This document shows positions 50,954 through 59,274 of a stretch of 64,000 nucleotides of DNA, piece by piece (within the stretch, counting starts at the first letter, position 1; each line of letters begins with the position of its first letter). Location: assembly GCA_964464895.1 (NCBI GenBank), contig CAYXGY010000005.1:15061-79060 (forward strand). The letters are read 5' to 3'. Source of the stretch: an uncultured Helicobacter sp. Lineage in GTDB: Bacteria > Campylobacterota > Campylobacteria > Campylobacterales > Helicobacteraceae. The translations under genes and the position numbers were made by a program. The notes below the pieces were generated by a model. It was not told the origin of the DNA and made no database searches. It saw nothing but the letters and a program-made list of their open reading frames with translations.

Positions 50954-51817
50954 TTATAATTCCGTTTTCAACACCGCGCCATTTGCCGCGTTGCTTTTAT
51001 CATTTTCGTTCAATATTCCAAATAAGTTATTTTGTTCGATATTAGATTTTTGAAAACTTAATAATTTAAATTCCTCTCTAATTTTCCCTTGATTCTTCAA
51101 TCTATCGAGTATCATTTCATAATAGGGCTTATGCAGCTCGCAGCTAATCCATTGCCGTTTGAGTTGTTCGCATAATATGATTTCGCCCCCGCTGCCACCA
51201 AAAAGAACAAATACAGAATCTCCTTCATTCGTGCAAGATTTAATAAGCATTTCGACAAGTTTAAGCGGAATTTGGCATGAATGAAAAGTCTTATCCTTGC
51301 TCACATTTTTGACCAAATCAAAATAAAACCATGAATAAGGCATTCTACCCTTATGTCCTTCTGCTAATCTTTGCATGATTCTCTTGTCGGTTGGATTTTG
51401 ATAGGGCATTGCGATATTGTCTTTATAGAAATGATTCTCCTTGCTTTTAGTTGCATGCAAAATGCTTCTGTGTGCCGTTGTCAGTCGCCTTTTGCTATGT
51501 CCAACATTTGTATTATAGACCCAAACATAATCTTGCACATCATAGCTTATAGAATCCAAACATTTTACGCGCAAATAGGCATTTTGTTTGGGATAATTCA
51601 TCATAAAAAGGTTTCCGCTAGGCTTGAGCACACGCATTGATTCTGTTGCCAATTCGCAATACCAATCAATATAATCTTCCCATTTTTGCGTGTATTTTGA
51701 GCCATTATAGTCTATGCCAACATTATAATCGGGGTCGCCATAAACCATATCAATGCTAGAATCGGGTAAGCTTTTAAGCACCTTTAAAACATCATCATTG
51801 TAGAGTTTAAATTCCAT
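50954..51817 (-). CDS. beta-class N6-adenine/N4-cytosine DNA methyltransferase (N6_N4_Mtase type)
   Basis: An N-terminal DPPY-variant (VYGDPDYN) precedes the C-terminal SAM motif (VFVLFGGSGGE), giving the IV-then-I order. The last 13 codons lie in the duplicated ilvD tail. Confidence 0.85.
   Translation of the reverse strand: MEFKLYNDDVLKVLKSLPDSSIDMVYGDPDYNVGIDYNGSKYTQKWEDYIDWYCELATESMRVLKPSGNLFMMNYPKQNAYLRVKCLDSISYDVQDYVWVYNTNVGHSKRRLTTAHRSILHATKSKENHFYKDNIAMPYQNPTDKRIMQRLAEGHKGRMPYSWFYFDLVKNVSKDKTFHSCQIPLKLVEMLIKSCTNEGDSVFVLFGGSGGEIILCEQLKRQWISCELHKPYYEMILDRLKNQGKIREEFKLLSFQKSNIEQNNLFGILNENDKSNAANGAVLKTEL
50961..50995. repeat. 35-bp direct repeat, copy A (duplicate of the ilvD 3' end)
   Basis: TCCGTTTTCAACACCGCGCCATTTGCCGCGTTGCT is 34/35 identical to 52621-52655, exactly 1660 bp away. 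Confidence 0.95.
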
Positions 51818-51822
51818 ATTGA

Positions 51823-52599
51823 CTACCTTATCAAGATATATTCACAAGATTTTAAAAATTTTATAGAATCTAAACACAGAGGCTCATTAAAAGTATATGA
51901 CCAAAGCTTTAGGCTATTCCTATTTCTCACAAGATACACACAAATAATTTGCTTAAAATCTAAGCCCGAATTATAATAATAAAGATAAGGGTGGTAAATT
52001 TGATAGATATTAAAGTCTTTTGGTTCTCCATTTTTTGCCTCAAAGATTCCAATAAGCCCTTTATATTCTATTGTCAAATCAATTTCTATTTGTTGATTTT
52101 CGGCATTAATTAAAATGTCTCCAAATTCATACTTTAGAGTTGTTTTTGTGCGATGAGGAAAATAGGTTTTAGGACGATTTTCAATTCCTACATTCTCAAA
52201 CTCTAAATCTTCTCCAAACAAAAAATGGTGTAGGATTCTTTGATTATTTGCAACACTCAAAATATTACTCTCGCTATCATTATATTCATTGAGCAGACTC
52301 TTTTTATATTGCCACCTTATAGAATTTTGCATTTCTTCAAGAGGGTGATAAAGCAATTTTATGCCCTTAATAAATTGATGATAGCCTCCACCCAAATGAA
52401 GCAAACAAATGTCTTGTTCTTTAAAAGAATAGGGTAATTTATCGCTTGAATCTAGCTTTGTTGCATCAAATGGATTTCCAAAGCTATGTTTTTTAGACAA
52501 TTCCTTAACTAAATCATTATGAAATCTAAGCTCATTCTTAGTCCTACAATGATTCCATAAAGCTTCTAATACTAAATGCTTTTTATTGATTTTTGCCAT
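51823..52599 (-). CDS. Type II restriction endonuclease candidate (PD-(D/E)xK-like), partner of the beta-class methyltransferase
   Basis: 258 aa, ending 5 nt upstream of the methyltransferase gene. It has the motif-like string IEIDLTIEYKGLIGIFEAKNG (D...E-A-K). Confidence 0.5.
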   Translation of the reverse strand: MAKINKKHLVLEALWNHCRTKNELRFHNDLVKELSKKHSFGNPFDATKLDSSDKLPYSFKEQDICLLHLGGGYHQFIKGIKLLYHPLEEMQNSIRWQYKKSLLNEYNDSESNILSVANNQRILHHFLFGEDLEFENVGIENRPKTYFPHRTKTTLKYEFGDILINAENQQIEIDLTIEYKGLIGIFEAKNGEPKDFNIYQIYHPYLYYYNSGLDFKQIICVYLVRNRNSLKLWSYTFNEPLCLDSIKFLKSCEYILIR

Positions 52600-52613
52600 T
52601 CCTCACATTCCCC

Positions 52614-54902
52614 TCACACCTCCGTCTTCAACACCGCGCCATTTGCCGCGTTGCTCACAAGCAGCGCATAGCGGCGTAGCCATTTGCTTGGAATCTCCTT
52701 CTTAATCGGCTTCCATTTCGCCCGCCGCGTCTCTAAAACATCGGAATCCACGAGTAGCTCGAGCGTCCCCTTGCTGACTGAAATCGCGATTCTATCGCCG
52801 TCCTCAATCAGCGCAATCAGCCCGCCCTCTGCCGCTTCGGGGCTGACATGCCCAATGCAGCCGCCCCTTGTCGCGCCGCTAAAGCGCCCGTCTGTAATCA
52901 GCGCGACCGACTCGCCAAGCCCCATTCCCATAATCATGCTCGTAGGGCTCAACATTTCCTGCATTCCCGGTCCGCCCTTTGGTCCCTCGTAGCGAATCAC
53001 AACAACATTCCCCGCCTTGACCTTGCCGCCCGCAATGCCCGCAATCGCCTCGTCTTGCGAGTTGAAGCACACCGCGCTGCCCTCAAATTCTTTCATCGAT
53101 TCCGCCACAGCGGCGACCTTGAGCACAGCGCCCTCACGTGCGAGGTTGCCATAGAGAATCTTGAGCCCGCCCACCTGTGAATACGCATTCTCATTATGCC
53201 GAATGATGTTCGTATCCACAATCTCCGCGCTAGCAATGCGTTCGCCCAACGTCTCGCCCGTAATCGTGAGCGCGTCGAGGTAAAGCGTGTGGGGAGTAGA
53301 ATGAAGTTGCAGCACAAAAAAATCGCTAATTTCTTTCGGATAGAGCGACTCATAGCGAATAGGCAGCTGTTCAAAGGCGACTTGTCGGAATCCATGCTCC
53401 GCAAAAAACAAGCGGGTTTGTTCGGTAACCTCAAACATATCAAAAATGAGCTCGCTAAAACCCTCTGTATAGGTTTGAATATAACCTTTGTTTGGACTAT
53501 CTGTAACCAGCATAGTATATTCTGATTCTTTAAGAAATTCAAGCAGTGTTGCATAAAGTCTTTCTTCGAGATGATGAGGAGCAGAGAGATATTGATTTAA
53601 GACAAAGAAACAATTAAGAATCCCAATGCCTTTTTGCGTTTCACAAACACCAATACAACCAACAACTTTATCATTATCAAGCGCAATCCAATATGCTTCT
53701 TTAGAAACATCATGGCTTGCAAGCCTTTGCAGATATGACTCAAAAAAAGGTTTGCGCCACGACTTTTCTTTGCCTACAAATAGCGCAATCGCATCGTCTT
53801 GATAGTGCTGCATTTCTTCTGTAAAACGTACAATGCTTGGCGCATTTTTAGGCAAATCTTGCCATTTTGGCGATTTTGTTTGGGGCATGGTGCGCTTCGC
53901 GACCTCGTTCATCACCGCCGAGACGCCACCTGCGCGGTGAATGTCTTCCATGTGAATGCTACTTAAAGCGGGCGCAATCTTGGCGATATGCGCGACTTGC
54001 GAGGCGATGGCATTAATCGAATCTAGGTTGAAATCCACACCCGCTTCTTTGGCGACTGCGAGCATGTGCAAAATCGTGTTCGTGCTACCGCCCATTGCCA
54101 TATCCACGACAAACGCGTTATGCACGGCTTTGGCGTTGAGGATATTGCGGAATCGGAATTTTTCGCTCAAGGCAGAATCGAGCGCAATTTCCACGATTCT
54201 GCGCGCGGCTTTGCGCAAGAGCTCCTCGCGCTCGGGCGTGAGTGCGAGAATCGTGCCGTTTCCGGGCAGCGCGACACCCATTGCCTCGCAGAGCGTGTTC
54301 ATCGAGTTTGCGGTAAACATTCCGCTACAACTCCCGCCGCTTGGGCAAGATTTGCATTCGATTTCGTGTAGTCTTTTTTCGTCAATCTTGCCATCGCCAA
54401 ACGCGCCGACAGCCTCAAAGGTGGAGTTGAGGTCGAGAATCGTCCCGTCATCGAGCCGCCCCGCGCGCATCGGTCCGCCGCTGACAAAGATTGTCGGCAC
54501 ATTCACACGTAGTGCGCCCATCAGCATTCCCGGCACGATTTTGTCGCAATTGGGCAGGCAAATCATCGCGTCTAGCGCGTGCGCGTTCATCATCGTTTCG
54601 ATACTATCGGCAATCAGCTCGCGGCTTGGCAGCGAATAGAGCATGCCGCTGTGCCCCATCGCGATGCCGTCATCGACGCCAATCGTGTTAAACTCAAACG
54701 GCACGCCGCCCGCCTTGCGAATCTCGTCCTTGACGATTTGCGCGTATTTGTTCAAGAAAAAATGCCCGGGAATGATGTCAATGTAGCTATTTGCCACGCC
54801 GATAAAGGGCTTTTCAAAGTCGCTATCTTGCAACCCTGTAGCGCGCAAGAGGCTTCTATGGGGGGCTTTTTGGTAACCTTTTTTGATGATGTCGCTTCGC
54901 AT
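52614..54902 (-). CDS. ilvD: dihydroxy-acid dehydratase with a large internal in-frame insertion
   Basis: Carries the IlvD/Edd motifs [46 protein letters not shown]. It is 762 aa, against roughly 550-620 for IlvD enzymes I know. The DNA is GC-rich. Confidence 0.9.
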   Translation of the reverse strand: MRSDIIKKGYQKAPHRSLLRATGLQDSDFEKPFIGVANSYIDIIPGHFFLNKYAQIVKDEIRKAGGVPFEFNTIGVDDGIAMGHSGMLYSLPSRELIADSIETMMNAHALDAMICLPNCDKIVPGMLMGALRVNVPTIFVSGGPMRAGRLDDGTILDLNSTFEAVGAFGDGKIDEKRLHEIECKSCPSGGSCSGMFTANSMNTLCEAMGVALPGNGTILALTPEREELLRKAARRIVEIALDSALSEKFRFRNILNAKAVHNAFVVDMAMGGSTNTILHMLAVAKEAGVDFNLDSINAIASQVAHIAKIAPALSSIHMEDIHRAGGVSAVMNEVAKRTMPQTKSPKWQDLPKNAPSIVRFTEEMQHYQDDAIALFVGKEKSWRKPFFESYLQRLASHDVSKEAYWIALDNDKVVGCIGVCETQKGIGILNCFFVLNQYLSAPHHLEERLYATLLEFLKESEYTMLVTDSPNKGYIQTYTEGFSELIFDMFEVTEQTRLFFAEHGFRQVAFEQLPIRYESLYPKEISDFFVLQLHSTPHTLYLDALTITGETLGERIASAEIVDTNIIRHNENAYSQVGGLKILYGNLAREGAVLKVAAVAESMKEFEGSAVCFNSQDEAIAGIAGGKVKAGNVVVIRYEGPKGGPGMQEMLSPTSMIMGMGLGESVALITDGRFSGATRGGCIGHVSPEAAEGGLIALIEDGDRIAISVSKGTLELLVDSDVLETRRAKWKPIKKEIPSKWLRRYALLVSNAANGAVLKTEV
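52621..52655. repeat. 35-bp direct repeat, copy B (native ilvD 3' end)
   Basis: TCCGTCTTCAACACCGCGCCATTTGCCGCGTTGCT encodes [12 protein letters not shown] of IlvD. Confidence 0.95.
53286..53891 (-). other. AT-rich in-frame insertion module inside ilvD (codons 338-539), GNAT-like
   Basis: The segment [10 protein letters not shown]...LQLHSTPHT interrupts ...VMNEVAKR / [15 protein letters not shown]. It contains [16 protein letters not shown]...GILNCFFV...FAEHGF. GC falls from 58-68% to about 33% in hand-counted lines. Confidence 0.7.
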
Positions 54903-54963
54903 AATTTCTCCTTTGTATTAAAGCTGAAATTTTAGCAAATTTTGCGACAAAAATCTTATGAAA

Positions 54964-55514
54964 TTAAGTTTTTGGGCAGGTTAAGTCTAACTCAATCTTG
55001 TGAGAATATTTGATAGAATCGTTGGAAATTGGCTTATAGCTTAAAATTTTTTTAAGGAGTAATGGATCTGCGGCATGTCTTTTTGAGAGTCTTTGAATCC
55101 TCACTTGTTCATCACAAGTAGTATGTATCCAAATATCTGTTTCTTGCAAGTATTTTAGATTTCCAGCAATCAAAATGATAATTTTTACATAGGGAGGGAG
55201 GAATTTAAAGATAAGGCTGTAATTGTTTCTTACAAAATGAGGTGAAAGTCTTATTTTGGGGCGTGCAATAAAAATATTAAGAGAAAGAGTGTTGTCATCA
55301 AGTGTTACGATTTGATAAGGTTTAAAATCGCCAAAACCTTCTTTACGAAGTCTTTTACCTAAAAAACTTTTGCCATTTCCACATCTTCCATCAATTGCGA
55401 TAAGTATATAGTCTCTTTTACTATATTCAGCTTGTTTTAAGAATCTGCTATTCTCTCTCTCTCTCTCTGTATTTCTTCGCAGAGAAATGCTAGATTATTT
55501 TTAAATTCTATCAT
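54964..55514 (-). pseudogene. P-loop nucleoside/nucleotide-kinase-like gene, out of frame at a (CT)8 repeat (phase-variation candidate, OFF as sequenced)
   Basis: The ATG at 55514 (AAGG upstream) reads MIEFKNNLAFLCEEIQRERER then stops at 55437-39. A second frame is open from 55494 to 54964 and encodes ...ILIAIDGRCGNGKSFLGKRL (Walker A) ...DIWIHTTCDEQVRIQRLSKRH. Confidence 0.6.
55453..55468. repeat. (CT)8 dinucleotide simple-sequence repeat, (AG)8 on the coding strand
   Basis: Reads directly as T(CT)8G. It sits 15 codons after the ATG of the kinase-like gene. Confidence 0.95.
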
Positions 55515-55536
55515 TAAACTTACCTTTCTTTTAGAT

Positions 55537-58032
55537 TTAATCTTTGATTCGCATACTATTGCCTACGACAAGCAAGGAGCTAAGCGACATAGAGAGTGCA
55601 GCAATGAGCGGAATCACAAATCCAGCCATTGCAAGCGGAATTGTTAGGGTATTATAGAGCAAAGAAAGAATGAGATTTTGTAAGATGAAACGATAGGTTT
55701 TGCGTCCCAAGCGGAAAGATTCCGAGATTCCTTGTACGTTATCATCAAGCACAACCACATCACTTACGCTAATGGCTAAATCAATTCCTCCACCCATTGC
55801 AATTGCAATGTCGCTTTTACCTAGCGCGATAGAATCGTTAATCCCGTCTCCCGCCATTACGACTACTTTGCCTTGTTGGTGTAGTTTATCAATGAAGTCC
55901 GCTTTATCAACTGGGCTTTGTGCCGCATAATATTCTGTGATTCCAACTGCTTCTGCTACATTGCGACAGACGTGCTCATTATCACCACTCAAGAGAATGC
56001 AGGTAATGCCTTGTGATTGGAGTGTTTGGATTGCCTCTTTTGCATCTTGCTTCAATGTGTCTTGTAGGGTGAATTTTGCGAGAATCTTAGAATCTTTGGC
56101 AAAATAAAATACACTTGCTTGCGTGTCTATTAAGGCAGACGGAATCGTAACTTGGTGTTCTCTTAAAAGGGCTAGATTACCCCCTAAATAGGTATTTTCT
56201 TGCATTTTTGCTACGATTCCACGTGCGTTTATCTGCGTCATTGAATCTAGTGCGATTTCTCTGCCTTTACCGATAAACTCTAGCACGGCTTTGCTTACAG
56301 GGTGAGTGTTTTGTGTGAGCATTGCGCGTAAGATTTCAGATTCCGCAGTTTCTAGTGCGTTTGTAGGTGTGAAATATTGCACTTCAAGCACCTTTAGCTT
56401 ACCCTCTGTTAATGTGCCTGTTTTGTCTAATACTAGGACATTCGCTTTGGCAATGGTCTCTAAAAAACGCGCTTCTTTGAAAAGAATCTTGTGTTTTAAG
56501 GATTCACTAAGCCCAATGAGGGAGGCGATAGGCGTCGCAAGGGCAAGCGCGCAAGGGCAAGCAATGATTATCACAGAAATCATTACCATTAAAGAACGTT
56601 CAAAGGGTGCATTGAGCACATATTCCCAGACTAAAAAGGTGCTAAAGGCTAGGGAGAGAATGACGAACGAGAAATAGCGCGAAATATGATTGGCTGCTTC
56701 TTGAATCTTGGGACGCGCATTGAGGGAATTTTCTACTAATCCTACGATTTTCATCATCAAAGAATCTTTGAAGTCCTTGCTCACTTGATAATTGAAAGGG
56801 TAATTAAGAGCCAAAGAACCAGAATAAATGGAATCTCCTGTTTTTTTGATTCGTGGCAAGGATTCCCCACTCATCGCACTTTCATTGCAGAGTGCTTCTG
56901 TACTCAACAAAATGCCATCTAGCGCAACGCGCTCCCCGGGTCTTACTTGCACAATATCCCCCACGCGCACAGATTCTATTGCGATTTCTTGGAAAGATTC
57001 TTGCGCCTGCGAAGAATAGGCGTCTAAATCATTTTTCGCTTGTGTAGATTGTTGTGTTTGATTGTTTGCTTCTGTCTTTTGTGGAATCTGCAATACGCGT
57101 ACGCTTAGAGGCATTTGCGCATTGAGTTTGTCTAGGCTATCCACTGCGCTTTTTTTGCCGCGCACTTCCAAAAACTTTCCAATCAGCACAAAGGTAATAA
57201 TCATCGCTACCGATTCAAAGTAGGTTTCACCTCCATTAAAACTTGCGTAAATAGAATAAAGATAAGCTAAACTCGCTCCACTAATCACAAGCAAATCCAT
57301 ATTAGGGGTTTTGTATTTGAGTGCAATCCACGCGCCACGCCAAAAAATGATTCCGCTAAAGAACATTACAGGGGTGGAGAGTGCAAACCCTGCGAAGTTT
57401 AAGATATTGCGCATTTCATTTGAGATTCCGCTGAAATATCCTGCATATTGTGCGACAGCAATCCACATAATATTCATCACACAAAAGATTCCAACTACCA
57501 TTTTGATATAATAATCACGTTTTTCTTTTTGGGCATAAGCTTCCTGTAAGCGAGGGTCATAAGCGTGTGCGTTATAGCCAATTTGTCGAATCGTTTGAAT
57601 GATTTGAGAGATTTTTATTTGCTTGGGGTCATAAAGAATCGTGGCTTTGTTGTTGGTATAATTAATATTGACTTTTGTGATTCCGTCGGTCTGGGCGAGG
57701 ATTTTTTCATTTAGCCATACACAGGCAATGCAATGGATTCTTTCTAAAATAAGGGAAATTTCGCACAGGTTGTCTTTAGTATGAACATAACGTTCAAAAA
57801 ATGGCAGAGAATCAAAAGATTCTAAGCTTTCATTTTGCAATGCTTCATTGGCTGGTTCTAATGTATTGTTGCCTAGTTTGCTATAAAAATCCTCTAATCC
57901 TGTGCTATTTAAAAGACTATAAACCCCCTCGCAACCTTTACAGCAAAAATACCTCTCCACCCCTTTTATCGTCGTTTTGATGAGCACCGCTTCATCAAAT
58001 TCTAAATGGCAATGGTCGCAAATATGTTTCAT
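55537..58032 (-). CDS. heavy-metal (copper) translocating P1B-type ATPase, FixI/CcoI-like
   Basis: N-terminal Cys-rich domain (CDHCHLEF...FCCKGCEGVY), HMA-like domain, the CPC motif (ACPCALALATP), DKTGTLT and GDGINDS. A Gln/Asn-rich segment (QKTEANNQTQQSTQAKND) is inserted. Confidence 0.9.
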   Translation of the reverse strand: MKHICDHCHLEFDEAVLIKTTIKGVERYFCCKGCEGVYSLLNSTGLEDFYSKLGNNTLEPANEALQNESLESFDSLPFFERYVHTKDNLCEISLILERIHCIACVWLNEKILAQTDGITKVNINYTNNKATILYDPKQIKISQIIQTIRQIGYNAHAYDPRLQEAYAQKEKRDYYIKMVVGIFCVMNIMWIAVAQYAGYFSGISNEMRNILNFAGFALSTPVMFFSGIIFWRGAWIALKYKTPNMDLLVISGASLAYLYSIYASFNGGETYFESVAMIITFVLIGKFLEVRGKKSAVDSLDKLNAQMPLSVRVLQIPQKTEANNQTQQSTQAKNDLDAYSSQAQESFQEIAIESVRVGDIVQVRPGERVALDGILLSTEALCNESAMSGESLPRIKKTGDSIYSGSLALNYPFNYQVSKDFKDSLMMKIVGLVENSLNARPKIQEAANHISRYFSFVILSLAFSTFLVWEYVLNAPFERSLMVMISVIIIACPCALALATPIASLIGLSESLKHKILFKEARFLETIAKANVLVLDKTGTLTEGKLKVLEVQYFTPTNALETAESEILRAMLTQNTHPVSKAVLEFIGKGREIALDSMTQINARGIVAKMQENTYLGGNLALLREHQVTIPSALIDTQASVFYFAKDSKILAKFTLQDTLKQDAKEAIQTLQSQGITCILLSGDNEHVCRNVAEAVGITEYYAAQSPVDKADFIDKLHQQGKVVVMAGDGINDSIALGKSDIAIAMGGGIDLAISVSDVVVLDDNVQGISESFRLGRKTYRFILQNLILSLLYNTLTIPLAMAGFVIPLIAALSMSLSSLLVVGNSMRIKD

Positions 58033-58043
58033 AGAGGTGATAA

Positions 58044-59255
58044 TTATGCTTCAAATTGCTTTAAGAATTTTTTGAGATTCCTTGCGGCTTGACGAATTCT
58101 ATTTTCATTTTCTATTAGAGCAATACGCACATAATTGTCTCCGTGATTGCCAAATCCAATGCCGGGACTTACTGCGATTTTTGCTTCTTGTAGTAGACGT
58201 TTAGAGAACTCCATACTGCCTAAATGTTTGGTGCATTCTGGAATCTCTGCCCAAATAAACATACTTGCTTTAGGTTTGGTCATTTTCCAGCCCGCCACGC
58301 TAAAGCTTTCAATCAGCACTTCCATACGATGTTCATATTTATGGACGATTTCTTGGACACAAGTTTGGTCTCCATTGAGAGCAATCGTAGAGGCGATTTG
58401 AATCGGAGTATAGAGCCCATAATCTAGCCAACTTTTGATTTTCTGTAATGCGCCGATAAGTTTTTCGTTACCCACCATACAGCCAACCCTCCAACCCGCC
58501 ATATTATAGCTTTTAGAAAGTGTATAGCTTTCCACTGCGACATCTACTGCACCTTCTACTTCAAAAATAGAGGGCGCGACATAGCCTCCAAAGCTTAAAT
58601 CTGCATAGGCAATGTCGTTTAAAATATAAAATCGCTCTTGTTTGGCGAGTTTGACAAGTCTTTCGTAGAATCTCTTATAAACTACTACTGTGGTAGGATT
58701 GTGGGGGAAATTGGTTACAACAAATTTTGGTTTAGGCATTGTGTTTTTGAGAGCTTTTTGCAAGGATTCAAAATAAGCCTCTTCGTCCAATTCGTAGTTT
58801 TCATTCCATTTTAGCCCAAAGGTTGCCACATTTGCGCCTGCTAACATAAAAGCATAATAATGAATCGGATAGGCAGGTTCTGCGACCACTGCAGTATCGC
58901 CCGGATTTGTGATTGCTTGAACTAAATGCACATAGCCCTCTTTAGAACCCATAGAAACGCAAACTTGCGTGTCTGGATTGAGAGAGATTCCGTATTTGCG
59001 CTGATAAGTATCCGCAATCGCAAGACGCAGTTTATAGATTCCTTTACTCGCGGAATAGCCGTGATTTTTGGGTTTATGTGCCGCTTCGCAGAGTTTATCA
59101 ATGATATGGTCTGGGGTTGCGCCATCAGGATTTCCCATACTAAAATCAATCACATCTTCGCCCTCTTGGCGCATTTTTAATTTGATTTCATTAATGGCGG
59201 CGAAAACATACTTTGGTAATCTTTTGATTTTTTCAAATTCAATTTCTTCAAACAT
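58044..59255 (-). CDS. PLP-dependent class I/II aminotransferase (AspB/AlaC-like)
   Basis: FSMGNPDG, NFPHNPT and the PLP-lysine region (SKSYNMAGWRVG). Confidence 0.85.
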   Translation of the reverse strand: MFEEIEFEKIKRLPKYVFAAINEIKLKMRQEGEDVIDFSMGNPDGATPDHIIDKLCEAAHKPKNHGYSASKGIYKLRLAIADTYQRKYGISLNPDTQVCVSMGSKEGYVHLVQAITNPGDTAVVAEPAYPIHYYAFMLAGANVATFGLKWNENYELDEEAYFESLQKALKNTMPKPKFVVTNFPHNPTTVVVYKRFYERLVKLAKQERFYILNDIAYADLSFGGYVAPSIFEVEGAVDVAVESYTLSKSYNMAGWRVGCMVGNEKLIGALQKIKSWLDYGLYTPIQIASTIALNGDQTCVQEIVHKYEHRMEVLIESFSVAGWKMTKPKASMFIWAEIPECTKHLGSMEFSKRLLQEAKIAVSPGIGFGNHGDNYVRIALIENENRIRQAARNLKKFLKQFEA

Positions 59256-59274
59256 TTTTTCTCCTCGTTTGGAT

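Noticed and set aside
53286-53891. The ilvD insertion as an intein.
   Set aside because: The insert starts with Thr-Met-Pro rather than the usual Cys/Ser. It ends ...STPHT followed by Leu, not His-Asn followed by Cys/Ser/Thr. I see no Hint-block or homing-endonuclease (LAGLIDADG/HNH) motifs. The sequence looks GNAT-like instead.
52684-54935. Numerous long ORFs antisense to or out of frame with ilvD (for example 53956-54639 at 227 aa, 53093-53554 at 153 aa, 54579-54935 at 118 aa).
   Set aside because: They lie entirely inside the well-supported ilvD frame. Their low-complexity Ala/Arg/Ser/Pro-rich translations are what GC-rich DNA yields by chance, and I see no RBS or motifs.
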